Source of the DNA: Hemiscyllium ocellatum
Taxonomy: Eukaryota
NCBI RefSeq assembly: GCF_020745735.1
Contig: NC_083450.1
Coordinates: forward strand, 10,723,883-10,787,882
Direction of reading: 5' to 3'
DNA length: 64,000 bases
Position 1 is the first letter of the stretch; each line of letters opens with the position of its first letter. Made by a program: the position numbers and the translations under genes. Under the pieces are notes generated by a model. The model worked only from the letters and a program-made list of their open reading frames with translations. It did not search any database and was not told where the DNA came from. Below, piece after piece: positions 23,511-36,699 of this stretch.

Positions 23511-24450
23511 ATAAGAGGTACATTTAGCAAGTTGCAAATGACATCAAAATTGGAGGTGTCTTGGACAGCGAAGAAGGTTGCCTCAGATGACAACAGGATC
23601 TTGATCAGATGGGCCAACGGGCTGAGAGGTGGCAGATGGAGTTTAATTCAGATCAATGTGGGTGTTGCATTTTGGGAAGGCAAATCATAGAAGGACTTAT
23701 ACACTTTAATGGGAAGATCCTAGGGAGTGTTGCTGAACAAAAAGACCTTGGAGTGCAGGTTCATAGCTTATTAAAAGTGGAGTCGCAGGTAGACAGGACA
23801 GTGAAGAAGACGTTTGTCATGCTTTCCTTTATTGGTCAGTATATTGAGTACAGGAGTTGGGAGGTCTTGTTGCGGCCGTACAGGACATTGGTTATGCCAC
23901 TGTTGGAATATTGCATGCAATTCTGGTCTCCTTCCTACCGGAAAGATGCTGTGAGATTTGAAATGGTTCGGAAAAGATATACAAGGATGTTGCCAGGATT
24001 GGAGTATTTGAGCTACAGGGAGAGGCTGAAAAGACTGGAGCTGGTTTCCCTGGAGCGTCGAAGGCTGAGGGGTGACCCTATAGAAGTTTACAACATTATG
24101 AGGGGCATGGATGGGGTAACTCTGCAAAGTCCTTTTCCTGGGGTCGGGGAATCCAAAACTAGAGGGCATAGGTTTAGGTTGAGACGGGAAAGATATTAGC
24201 GAGACCTAAGGGGCAACCTTTTCACACAGACGGTGGTATGTATATGGAATGTGCTACCAGAGGAAGTGGTGGAGGCTGGTACAATTGCAACATTTAAGAG
24301 GCATTTGAAAGTGTATATGAAGAGGAAGAGTTTGGAGGGCTATGGGCCAGGTGCTGGCAGGTGGGACTAGATTGGGTTGGGATATCTGGTCGGCATGGAC
24401 GGGTTGGAGCAAAGGGTCTGTTTCCATGCTGTACATCTCTATTACTCTAT

Positions 24451-26830
24451 TTATTTCAATGCAAGGGGCATAGCAGAGAAGGCAGATGAACTCAGGGCAT
24501 GGCTCGAAATATGGAACTGAAATATCATAACAATGACAGAAACATGACTCAGGGATGGGCAGGTCTGGCAGCTTAATGTTCCAGGATAAAAATGCTGCAG
24601 GAAGGATAGTAAGGGAAGCAAGAGATGAGGGGGAGTGGCGTTTCTGATCAGGGATGTCTGCACTTAGTGCAGATATTCCAGGAAATACATCCAGGCAAGT
24701 TATTTGTGTGGAACTAAGAAATAAGGAAGGAATGATCACCTTATTGGGATTATATTATAGATCACCGAATAATCAGAGGGAAATTGAGAAACAAACTTGT
24801 AAGGGGATCTCAGTTGTCTGAAAGAATAATCGGGTGATTATGGTAGGGGATTTTAACTAACGAAACATTGACTGGGGCTGCCAGAGTGTTCAGGCTTTAA
24901 ATGGAGAGGAATTTGTTAAGTGTGAACAAGAACATTTTTTGATTCAGTCTACGGATTTATCTACAAGAGAAGATGCAAAACTTGGACCGACTTTTTGGAA
25001 ATAAGGCAGGGAAGATAACTGAAGTGCCAGTGGGGGAACACTTTGGGATCAGTGACCATAAGTCTATTAGATTTAAAGTAGTGATGGATAGGATAGACCA
25101 GATCTAAAAGTTAAAGTGCTAAACTGGAGAAAGGCCATTTTTTACGGGATTTGGCAAAGGCTTTCAAAGCTAATTGGGGGAGGGGGAGCAGACGTTCGCA
25201 GGTAAAGGGATGGCTAGAAAATGGGAAACCTTCATAAATGAGACACCGAGAATCCAAAGGATGTATATTCCTTTTAGGGTGAAAGGAAAGGCCAGTTGGT
25301 AGGGGAATGTTGGATGATTAAAGAAATTTCGGTTTTTATTTAGAAAAAGAAGGAAGCATATGTCAGGTACAGACAGGATAGCTCAAGTGAATCCTTCGAA
25401 GAGTGTAAAGGCAGTGGGAGTATACTTAAGAGGGAAATCTGGATGGCAAAAAGGGGTCATGAAAAAGCTTTGGCAAATAGAATTAAGGAGAATCTAAATG
25501 TTTTGAACAAGTGCATTTAGGAAAGGAGGGTATCTAGGGAGAGAATAGAACCCCTCAAAGATCAGCAAGGTGGCCTTTGTGTTGAGGCACAGAAAATGGG
25601 GGAGATACTAAACGAGTATTTAGCATTAGTATTTACACTGGAAAAGGATATGGAAGATATAGAATAGGGAAATAGTTGATGGCACCTTGAAAAATGTTCA
25701 TATTTTAGTGAAGGAAGTGCTAGATATCTTGAAACGCATAAACGTCGATAAATCACCAGGAGCTGATCAGGTGTATTTGAGAACTCTGTGGGACGCTGGA
25801 GAAGTCATTGCTGTGCCTCTTGCTGAGATACTTGTGTCATCAATAGACACAGGTGAGGTGCTGGAAGACTGGAGGTTGGCCAACGGGTTACCACTGTTTA
25901 AGAAGGGTGTTAAGGACAAGCCTGGGAACGAAAGACCAGTGAAGCTGAACTCAGTGGTGGGCAAGCTCTTGCAGGGAATCCTGAGGCATAGGATGTACAT
26001 GTATTTGGAAAGGCAAGGACCGATTAGGTATAGTCAACATGGCTTTGTGCGTGGGAAATCATGCCTCACAAACTTTATGGAGTTATTTGAAGAAGTAACA
26101 AAGAAGATTGATGATGGCAGAGCGGTAGATGTAATCTATATGGACTTCAATAAGGCGTTCGACAAGGATCCTCATGGGACACTGCTTAGCAAGGTTGGAT
26201 CTCATGGAATACAGGGAGAACTAGACATTTGGATACAGAACCATCTCAAAGGTAGAAGACAGAGGGAGGTGGTGGAGCGTTGTTTTTCAGACTGGATGTC
26301 TGTGGCAATTGGAGTGCCACAAGGATCGGTTCTCAGTCCTCTACTTTTTGTCATTTACATAAATGATTTGGATGTGAGCATAAGAGGTACAGTTAGTAAG
26401 TTTGCAGATGATACCAAAATTGGAGGGGTAGTGGACATCGAAGAAAGTTATCTCAGATTACAACAGGATCTTGATCAGATGGGCCAATGGGCTGAGAAGT
26501 GGCAGATGGCATTTAATTTAGATAAATGTGGGTGTTGAATTTTGGAAAAGCAAATCATAGCAGGACTTATACGCTTAATGGTGAGGTCCTATGGAATGTT
26601 GCTGATCAAGAGAACTTGGGGTTTTGATTCATAATTCCTTGAAAGTGGATTCGAAGGTTGTTTGGATAGTGAAGAAGAGGTTTGGTATGCTTTCTTTTAT
26701 TGGTGAGAGTATTGAGTACAGGAATTGGGAGATCACGTTGCAGTTGTACAGGACATTAGTTAGGCCACTGTTGGATTATTGCGTGCAATTCTGGTCTCCT
26801 TCCTATCCAGAAGATGTTGTGAGACTTGAA
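24451..26830 (+). mobile_element. CR1 ORF2 (endonuclease to RT), truncated by an ERV remnant
   Basis: YFNARGIAEK, 283-aa RT ORF 25687-26538 with KFADDTKIG. Confidence 0.92.
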
Positions 26831-26834
26831 ACGG

Positions 26835-28320
26835 TCTTTGTTTCCCAAGTGTATCCTGGAAGTGGACACATGTGGCGCCTGGAACTATACCTTTGGGATT
26901 GCAAACAAAACAGTGAAATCCCACTAGGGACAGATGGCTGGACCTTGATTAAACTGTGTAAATAATAGCTACTGAGGCGCAAAGTGTCCGTAATGTTACC
27001 TTAGAAATGATGCAGAGTTGACATGCTTGCGTCCTCGCAAAAGGAAGATCTGCTAATATACACTGACTCTCGTGGTACTTTTGGTACGACCACGATTACA
27101 GAGCCCTTTTGTAACATAGAGGAGTTTGAACTTCCACGTGGCATTCTATTAATTCTATTATTAATGCTGCTTTGTCCAGTCAATGTGACAGGTATCAAAT
27201 GTTCAGCTCACATTGAAGCAATTGACACAGTCTCCAAAGGCATGAGCCGTTAGATGCTGCTACCAAACAGGCTGCCTTATATCCCAAACTTCTGTTCTCA
27301 TTAGGTCCCCAACAAAACATGGTTACAGACAATGTAGGGACAGGCATGCCAGACCTGGGAAAGGTTCAGAATCCGCAGGGGAAGCCTCTATTGAGAAGTA
27401 CAAACTATGGAGTCAAATGGGGGCGTGGAGTGGGGGGGTTCCTCGTTACGCAAACCAAAGGGTTGGTGACTCCTGCTGAACAAACTTTTGTTCCTTCTTT
27501 GTTGCAGGTTATTTTCCTTGATGATGTTCATTACTGGGCAAGGAAGGAACAGTTAATACTTTTTTGCAAACTTGTCGGCGCCCAGTTGCTGAGAAAAGAG
27601 CTGAAGCATGTTTGATTTTCTTTTAAGACGAATTCTGTAAAAGGGAAGCCCTGCGTTTGTTGAACCACTTCAATGCCTGGTGGACCTTCTACTTGTCTAC
27701 GACTTGTTTTTTCTTATAAAATTACTTTGAATACATTGATACGATTATTGTCTGATAATAGATGTATGTAGTAGATACAAAACCATCCCAACGACTGATA
27801 CTGCTATCATAACAGTTTTGGACAAGTAGGAACTATTTGTAACAGTTAGCCAAAGCTCATCAACGTTTACATTCACAGGTAACCAAGCCTCAGAATTAAG
27901 ACGGGAAGAGTATACCCTGGGTGAAAAGGACCGTTCCTAGTTCTGCTGGCCACCCACATAGCAGTCAATGTCTAGGGAAGCTTGAATAGACGCATATGAT
28001 TTCATGCCAAAGAGTGCCATACCCCCAGACGAACACCAGAGGATCCTGCCAGAGAGATCTGTTCAGCCTCCATCCACACATGCCTCAGCCAAATGGATTT
28101 GCATTTCACTACATTTCATATCTTTCTGTAACTAACTATGTTTGAATGGAGCACAATGGATAGTCTGATAACCCCGAGTAAATAGGAGTTATAGTCACAG
28201 TTTTCTTTATGTGCAGAATTTCGACCACACTATCTGATGGGTATGTATCCATAACACCATCCGCTCTGAACTCACACCAAACTTACCCAACATTGATTGG
28301 AAATGTTATAGCTCTAGTAC
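26835..28320 (+). mobile_element. Class-I (gamma/epsilon-like) endogenous retrovirus remnant: RNase H, integrase, possibly the start of env
   Basis: IYTDSR (27056-27073), IKCSAH..D.VSKG (from 27194), integrase C-terminal GPFLVLLATHIAVNV (27928-27972). Confidence 0.65.
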
Positions 28321-30665
28321 GTCAGATGGATCCGTTTTTGTCCAATGTGTACAGGAAGTTTTCCTGACACATTATGTCGAAGAGCCAACAAGAGGGGAGG
28401 CCACACTGGATCTGGTGCTTGATAATGAACCAAACCAGGTGTTTGATTTAGTTGTAGGTGAGCACTGAGAAGAGATTGATCATAATTCAGTTACGTTTAG
28501 TTTAGCAATGGAAAGGGTCCATGCCACAAGTCAAGATTTATCGGTGGGACAAGGACAAGTATAATGCAATGAGGCAAGAATTATGTTGAATAGAATGGGG
28601 TAGCAAAATGCAGGGGGTGCAGGCAATCAAAATGTGGAGCTGTTTTAAGGAACAGATATTGCGTGTACTTGATAGGTATGTCCCTGTCAGCAGGGAGGAA
28701 GTGATAAGATAAGGGAACTGTAGTTTACAACAGAAATTGTTAAGAAGAGGAAGAAGAACGAGGCTTTGTGTTGATGAGGTAAGGTGGTTCAGATAAGGCG
28801 ATTGAGAGTTACAGACCAGCTAGGAAGGGTTTAAATTGAGAGTTAAGAAAACCAAAGAGAGGACATGAGCAGTCTTTGGCAAATAGAATAAAGGAGAACT
28901 CTAAAACTTTCTGTAGATACGTGAGGAATAAAAGGATGATTAGGGTAGGAATAGGCCCAGTCAAAGACAGAGTTGGGAAGTTGAGTGTGGACCCTGTAAA
29001 GATCGGAGAGGTGATAAATGAACATTTCTCATCGATGTTCATTCAGGAAAAGGAGAATATTGTGGAGGAGAAGAATGAGGTACGAAATATTAGAGGAGAA
29101 AGGATCGAGGTTAGTTACGCACAGGTGTTATCAATTGTCGAAGGAGTGAAAGTAGACAAGTCCTCTGGGCCGAATGGCATTTATGCAAGAATTCGCTTGG
29201 AAGCTAGGGAGGAGATAGCAGAGCCATTGGCTTTGACACTTGCGTCGTCGTGGTCTACAAGTTTAGTACCTGAGGACTGGAGGATTGAAAATGATGTGCC
29301 CTTGTTCAAGAAGGGCAGCAGAGATGACCGAGGCAATTATAGATCAGTGAGCCTTACGTATGTTGTAGGAAAGGTTTTGGAAAGAATTATCAGAGATAAG
29401 ATAATAATCATCTAGCAATCAACAATTTGATTCCAGATAGTCACCATAGTTTTGTCAAGGGCAGGTCGTGTCTCACAATCCTCATTGACGTTTTTGAGAA
29501 GGGCAGTTGACGTGGTATAGAGGGACTTCAGTGAATCCTTTGATAAGATTCCATTTGATAGGCTGTTGGAGAAAATGCAGAGGCATGGATTTAGCAGTTT
29601 GGATTAGCAACTGGAAGACGGCAGCGAGTGATGGTTGATGGAAAATATTCTGCCTGGGGTCCAGTTACTAGTGGTGTGCCACAAGGATCTGTTTTGGGAC
29701 CACTGTTGTTTGTCATTTTTGTAAACGACTTAGACGCAGGCATAGGTGGATGGATCAGTAAATTTGCAGACAACACCAAAGTCGGCGGAGGAGTGGACAG
29801 TTTTAAAGAATGTTCCAGATTGCAGGGGGACTTGGATAAACTACAGAATTGGGCTGAGAGGTGGCAAACGCAGTTCAATACAGCTAAATGTGAGGTGATG
29901 GACTTCGGGAAGAATAACAAGAAGGCAGAGTACTGGGTCAATGGAAACATTCTTGGTAGTGTGGATATGCATAGGGATCTTGGAGTCCATATGCATAGAT
30001 CTCTGAAAGTTGCCACCCAGGTGGATAGTGCTGTGAAGAAGGCATACGGTGTGTTAGGTTTCATTGGTAGAGGGATTGAGTTCTGGAACCCCAACATAAT
30101 GCTGCAATGACACAAAAAGCTTGTGCGGCCACATTCGGAATATTGTGTCAGTTCTGGTCGCTCCAGTTCTGGTCGCAGCTTCTGCTCCAAAGGATGTGGA
30201 AGCATTGGAAAGAGTGAAGAGGACATTTACCAGGATGTAGCCTGGTCTGGATGGAAGGTCTTATGAGGAAAGGCTGAGAGACTTGTATCTGTTCTCATTG
30301 GAAAGAAGAAGGCTACGGGGGCATTTGATAAAGACATACAAGATGATCAGAGTATTAGTGAAGTAGTTTTTCCTCGGATGATGACGTCAGGACGTACGAC
30401 AGGGCATAACTGCAAATTTATGGGTGATAAATTTAAGACATATGTCAGAGGAAAGTTCTTTATGCAGAGTGGTAAGGGCGTGGAATGCCCTACCTGCTAA
30501 TGAAATAAACACAGCCAGATTATGGAGATTTAAACAATCCTTAGATAAGCACATGGATGATTTCGGAATAGTGTAGTTGGACGAGCGGAGAATAGTTCAC
30601 AGGTCGGCGCAACATTGAGGGCTGAAGGGCCTGTTCTTTGTTGTATTGTTCTATGACCTATGTTC
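28320..30665 (+). mobile_element. CR1 ORF2 to 3-prime end
   Basis: ORFs 28876-29415 and 29628-30110 ([23 protein letters not shown]), followed by the 3-prime tail. Confidence 0.92.
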
Positions 30666-31999
30666 CATGAATCCTCATGGAATTTGAGCATCTTGCAGGT
30701 TTCTTTTCCCCGCCTTTGGAACTGCTCGAATAGAAATTGAAGTAACCCTGCAGACAATCCTCTACTCGATTCAGTTCTCTGTTGTGGCCCTACTCTTCCA
30801 GTGATCTTGCAGATGCCTATGTTTCCCCTTCCTGCCGAAACCCCCCGATGATGATTCCTAGTCACTGGAGTCTTCTATCCCTTTTCTTACTGATACAAGG
30901 ATTATATTTCCGATCTCCAACCACCAGTCCCTGACAATCCCCTGGCTATGGGTAAAGTCCTCCTTTTGCTCACAAAGTAATTTTTGCAGTAAAATATAGT
31001 CTGCTAGCCATAGTGCTGTCTGAGACCTGGCTGAGGAATTGTATTTTGTTAATCTGACTTTGCAGTGGTAGACTGTCTCTGCTCCTCTGACCCTTTGATA
31101 GTTCTGCCTCATAGAATAACTTATTATTTCACTATGTCTCTTACCGAATGTTCTTGCCTAGCTGAAAGTGTTGTATAAGATATCATGCAGTTTTCAGACG
31201 TTGTGAAATGTAGGTCTGGACAATGTATGTGAACTTTATGACTGCCCCTTTTGCGTAATTAATGGGCAGTGAGCTTTTTTTTTATCCCATATAAATTGTA
31301 ACACGTTGTATTTGCCTCAGACTTCTCCAAAGGAAGATGTAGCTCCCCCATGTCCATGGAATAAAAGCTAATTAATTGATCAATTTCTCCACTCCTGAAG
31401 ATTTTGTTTTTAATGATTCAGCAAAGGATTTACTTTTCCCCAACACTGACACAATAGCAGCATTTAAGAAACACTTCAATGAATAGTAAGATTGGAACAG
31501 AGGGACATGCCATGTGTAAGTGAAGACAGTTTCTGTATGTAAAAGCAAAACGTGTTGGTGCAGGCTTGGAGCGTCAAAGAGCCTATTCCTACTATTGTGT
31601 TGTTCTTTCTATTTTCCTCTTTGTAACTCTGGATTTAGGTATATTTTCAATGGATACCATTGACAGGTTTATGACCAGATATTAAAATGGGCGTCGATAA
31701 AGATAAGGGAGCAATCAGAGTTGGACTAAATGAATGGAAAGAACGACATATGTTACAGACACTGCAGCATTTTCTTCAGAATTACAAAATAAAAAATGTC
31801 CACACAAAAGACACGGAATTCTGCTTGATGAATCAGCATTTGGAGCATCCGCAAGCGTTGAGTTGGTATGTGCATATGTGTGCGTGTGTGTGTCAGTGGG
31901 TTAAGTGCAGAAACAAGGATTAGGTTGTTGGTTAAGGATTGATGGGTCAAAGCAGGAATTGTTTGCGTGGAATGCAGAAGATGTTGCTTATGTTCATAG

Positions 32000-33600
32000 C
32001 AACACAAGAAGAAAAGAATTAGCCAATTCAGCGTCTCGAGCTTGTTCTGTCATTCAATTGGATCATAGCTGATTGTTGGCCAACTCCTAATTCATGGCTT
32101 TATCCCTCAAAATCTTTGCTTAACAAAGAAAACTTTACCTCAATATTAAAATTAACAGCTGTCTATGGAAAAGAGTTCCAATCATCTATACCTCATTTGT
32201 GTAAAAGTGCTTCCTAGTCTCTTTCTTGAATTGTCTGACCTTAATAAAGAGTATATGCCCCCTAGTTTTGGAAACTCCAAATTTTGAAAAGATTTGCCTT
32301 TTTTCAACCCTATCTTTTCCTATTCATATCTTGAAAAAGTCGATCATAATCTGCTAAAATATAGAGAAAACAGATCTAATCTGTCTTGTCTGTTCTCATA
32401 CATTAACTCCTGAAATCTCGTGGGTATCGTTCTTAGGGTTTGTACATCCTCCAAAGCCAGTACGTCTTTCATAAGGTTTTGATGTCTACAACTGTTCAAA
32501 AGGCTCCAAATGAGTTCTAACTAGGGTCTCGTATGACTGCAACATAACTTCTGAATCCAAATACTCCATTACTTCAGATATAAACTTCAACAGTCCATTA
32601 GCTTTTTTGATTATTTTCTTGCATCTGTTCTTAGCATTTTAAATATCAATGCATTGGACACAGCAAGACGCTTTCGATATCCATTGTCTTTAACCTCACC
32701 TCATGTCGAAAGGGGCATAGTTTATTCTTTCTTTCCATCTAACATACATTTGCTTCCACTGAACTCCATCTGACTCAGTTTTTGCTACTTATTTAGGGGC
32801 GGCGCGGTGGCTCACAGCAACAGGATCCTCGGTCCGATTCCAGCCTCGAGTAACTGTCTGTGTGGAGTTTGCACATTCACCCCGTGTCTGCGTGTGTTTC
32901 GTCCGCGTGCCCCGGTTTCCTCTTACAGAATAAAAATGTGCAGGTTACGTGAATTTGCCATACTAAATTGTCCATCGTGTTAGGTGCATTAGTCAGAGGG
33001 GAATGGATTTACATGGGTTACTCTTCGGAGGGTCGGTGTGGACTGATTGGGCCAAAGGGCCTCTTTCCACAATGTATGGAATCTAATTTTTAAAAAACTA
33101 CAATAATCAATATCTGTTTATAATTCGAAGCTAATGTTTGCACTATCTGCAATGCAACTACAATAGCAAGTTTGGAGATGTGGCTTTCTGTGCCATTATC
33201 CAAGTCGTTAATTAATAACATTAATAATTGCTGTTCGTGCACAGATCCTTGTGAGACACCACTGGTTATTGTCAATTTGAGTACATTCTACACCCCCGAA
33301 TTCCTAATACCATGATCTGAACGCTCTGTTGCCAGCCACTCAAAAGAAATTATAGTCATGCCAGTAATTTACCCTCACAACTTTGGAATCCCTTATATTG
33401 AAAAATATTAAATGGGTTTTGTAAGTCTATAAAGAATCCAAAGATATTCCACTGTCCACTACATTAATCAGCTCTTCAAAACTTTCAGTGCAGTTTGTCA
33501 GGCATTATTCCCCTGTCATGAATGCATGCTGGCTCTCTCTGACTAACTGAACAATTTCTAGTTGTTCAGTCACTCCATTCTTTGCAACAATCTCCACCAA
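32000..33600 (-). mobile_element. Highly decayed CR1 with a nested SINE
   Basis: SGVSQGSV..Q.L...INDLD on the minus strand at 33090-33275. Confidence 0.6.
32796..33088 (+). mobile_element. HE1-type SINE
   Basis: ggggcggcgcggtggctc...gtgtggagtttgcacattc...ggaatctaat. Confidence 0.8.
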
Positions 33601-33899
33601 ATTCCCCACCAGCGCTTAAGCTAAATCTTCTGTAATTTTATGTATTTTTACTCTCAACAAGTCAGTGTAACGTGTGCAATTTTCCAATCCAAAGGCATGA
33701 TCCGTAAATGTGAGAAACACTGAAAGAAGAGATCGTAAATTGATTCTTAAACAAGAACTTGGAGTCATCATGGCCGAGTAGATTTTACAAGGTTTGAATT
33801 TAGTAGGGAGTTTATGTGTGCCGGTGTGTAATGTTAATAAGAGTGAGCTTTGTGTAATGTGATGAACTGAGAGAGACTGTCTTTCCCTGAAATAATGAC

Positions 33900-34680
33900 A
33901 AAGAGACAACACTGTGTAGCAGCGTTTTTAAATTCACTTTGCGGAAGTGAAACTCACTGGTTGACCAGAATTTACTGTCCATTCCGAGTTACTCTGAAGA
34001 AGTTGTTGGTGAGCTGCCTTCTTGAACAACTGCAGTCCACCTGTTGTGGGTTGACCCACAATGCCATTAGGGAGGGAATTCCAAAATTTTGACCAAGCAA
34101 CAAAGAAGGAAGAGCTATATATTCCTAAGTCAGGATAGTCAATGACTTGGAGAGGATCTTGAAGGTGGTGGTTTTCCCATATAGTCGTTGTCCTTGCCTA
34201 TTAGATGGAAATGCTTATGGGTTGGGTAGGTGCTGTCTGCGGAATTTCTGCTGTGCATCTTTTAGATAGAGCATAATGCTGCTATTGAGTTTCGATGTTG
34301 CAAAGTGTGGATATATCACCAATCAAACGGACTGGTATGACCTGGATGATGTCAAGCTTCTTGATTGTTGTTGAGGCTACAATCATTCAGGCAAGTGTGG
34401 AGTATTCCATCACACTCCCGACTTCGGACTTGTCAGGCTTTGAGGAGTCAGGAGGTGAGTTACTTACTGAAGTATTCTTACATTCTGACCTGCTCTCGTG
34501 GACAGTATTTTTAATTTGGTGAGTCCAGTTGTGTTTCTTGTCAATGGTAACCCCCAGCATGTTTGTAGTGTGAGGATCCCATGATAGTAACACCATTGAA
34601 AGCCAAGGGGAGGAGCTTAGCGCCTTCTTATTCATGATGTTCATAGTCCGGCATTTCTGTGGTGCGAATGTTACTTGTCA
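33900..34680 (-). mobile_element. Old CR1/L2-type LINE 3-prime fragment
   Basis: LGVTID....W..I and V.SVMEYS.LAW motifs on the minus strand. Confidence 0.55.
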
Positions 34681-34689
34681 GTGTGGCTG

Positions 34690-35050
34690 TGTACTTACAT
34701 ATTTGTGATGAAATGCCTGTGTGCATGTGTGTTCGTGTATATGTGTGTTTTTATCCAAGTGTATGTTTGTCTGTAATGTCTTGAGAACACGTTCGTATCG
34801 GAGTTTGTGATGGCATGTCGTGGTGTTACGATGTGTGGGAGATAGAGTAAATATATGCATGAGCACGACTGGAAGTACTGGTGGGTGTAAGTGTAAACGT
34901 AAGACACTGTTTCTGCTAGAGTATGGGAGAGAGAGAGAGGGAGACTGTGCGTGTAGACGTGTGTGTGTGAATGAATTGTGATAATGTGTGGTGTGGCCTA
35001 ATAGAGTGTGAGCGTGAGATGAGATAATCTGTGAATGTAGAGAGTGACTA
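34690..35050. repeat. Degenerate (TG)n-rich low-complexity tract
   Basis: Dense TG/GT dinucleotides. Confidence 0.7.
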
Positions 35051-35123
35051 AATGAAACACAAACTCTCTTTTTCACCGAAGTAAGCTGCAGGAGGAGGGC
35101 AAGCCTGACATCATGCTCATCAA

Positions 35124-35247
35124 GGAGAAAGTGAGGACTGCAGATGCTGGAGCCTGACATCATGCTCATTCCAGAAACGTCGAATCTCCTGCTCCTTGAA
35201 TGCTGCCTGACCTGCTGCGCTTTTCCAGCAACACATTTTCAGCTTAG
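35124..35247. mobile_element. Short PLE-derived insertion with 14-bp TSD and an internal copy of the target flank
   Basis: TSD ATCATGCTCATCAA at 35110-35123 and 35248-35261. Confidence 0.75.
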
Positions 35248-36409
35248 ATCATGCTCATCAATACAGTTTTGAATGGATTATGCATAAACGAACTCTAATA
35301 ATGCATAATGAGGTGAGAAAACAGCAACAGTACTGGTTAAACCTTGAACCTCAGCTCTTTCTTACTGACCAGAACTGGTCCTGCCATTCTGTATTTTCTT
35401 AAACATTTTGCCTACCAATCATTGATTTTTCTCCTCTTTTTTTTCATGTTTGTTATGTTGAATGTCCTGAAAGAAGAAATCTTGTCGTTTATTCCTTCAT
35501 TTTTTTTGGAGTAATTACCTTTTTTCATGTTCTCATTCATAGATTAGGGTCCACGAAGATCAGAAATAAATGGGATGTTATATTGTCTTGCAAAATGCAT
35601 TGAAATATGTTGGAAAGATAAAGTTAGTATCGTTGTATTTTACCATAGTTTTGTACTTTCATTAGACAGAGACGCCTGGTGATAGAATAATCTGAGGGTT
35701 TATGCCTCAATCGAGGACAAACATTTGGAAGGAGAATTCTTCCCTTGAAGCTCAGCCAGTCTGGGAAGCAAACACAAACTATTATAATTTCTCTGTATTG
35801 TAAAGCAAGAGTCTAGACACTAAAATGAATGAGATTAATGGAATTTCAATGGAGTTCAGTGATGCAAAGTCTGAAGATCAGTACATACTTTTGATTTGTT
35901 TGCATAGGGAAATGATGTACCAAATTTAACTGTTTTGTTGAACACATTCTTGGATCTGTATCCCAAGAATGCCAACTTGAGCTATGATAGGATAATGGAC
36001 ACGTATTCATTTGAACTAAGTAAAGTGAAATGAGACCCTATTGAAATAATGATGATGAAGCCAGCCAGTTTACATGCGTGGAGAATGTTTTGACTAGCTG
36101 CAGACGTTTGGTCGAAGGGTCATATTTTGAGTATAATGAGACATCGATATAAGTGTCAGGTAAGGATGTGTTTCTTCGTTCAGATTTTAATGGATGTACG
36201 GAATTCATTGCATCAGAGTCTAGGACTTCTTAGTTATTCATTATATTCGATGACAAGTTTCCCTGATTTCGTTGTTTAACGTGATTTATTCGCATTCGGA
36301 CAATGTCAAAAGATTTACTTTTATTCGAGTGTTCTTATTAAATGACAAAATATCGTAGGATCCCTGTTATCTGGAACTCTATCAAGTCCACGCGACCACT
36401 CCGAATAGC

Positions 36410-36645
36410 ATCCCACTTAGACGCAGTCCCAGTCCATTCCTTGTAACTCTCCATTTCCATGGCTTCTCCACCTAGTCTGCATATCTCTGGACTGTGGGAG
36501 GAAACTGGAAACTGTAAGAGGAAACATCACAGATATGCGCAGAATGTGCAGACTTCACACAGACAGTTCCCTGAAGCTGGAATGAAATGACAGTTCTTGA
36601 CATTGTGGGTCAACATTGCTAACCACTGAGCCACCGAACCACACT
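36410..36645 (-). mobile_element. Old tRNA-derived SINE
   Basis: ctctggactgtgggaggaaac...aaccactgagccacc. Confidence 0.6.
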
Positions 36646-36699
36646 GCCACCCAATAATATTGTTAAAGGTTACCGTCCTTTGAAAATATATTTGTGTCG

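Larger units (their letters stand above)
22400..24450 (+). mobile_element. CR1 RT to 3-prime end, lying between ORF1 and ORF2 of another CR1 and itself interrupted by a PLE
   Basis: DFSKAFDKDPH, LLEYCMQFWSP; terminal catctctattactctat repeat at about 24433-24449. Confidence 0.88.
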
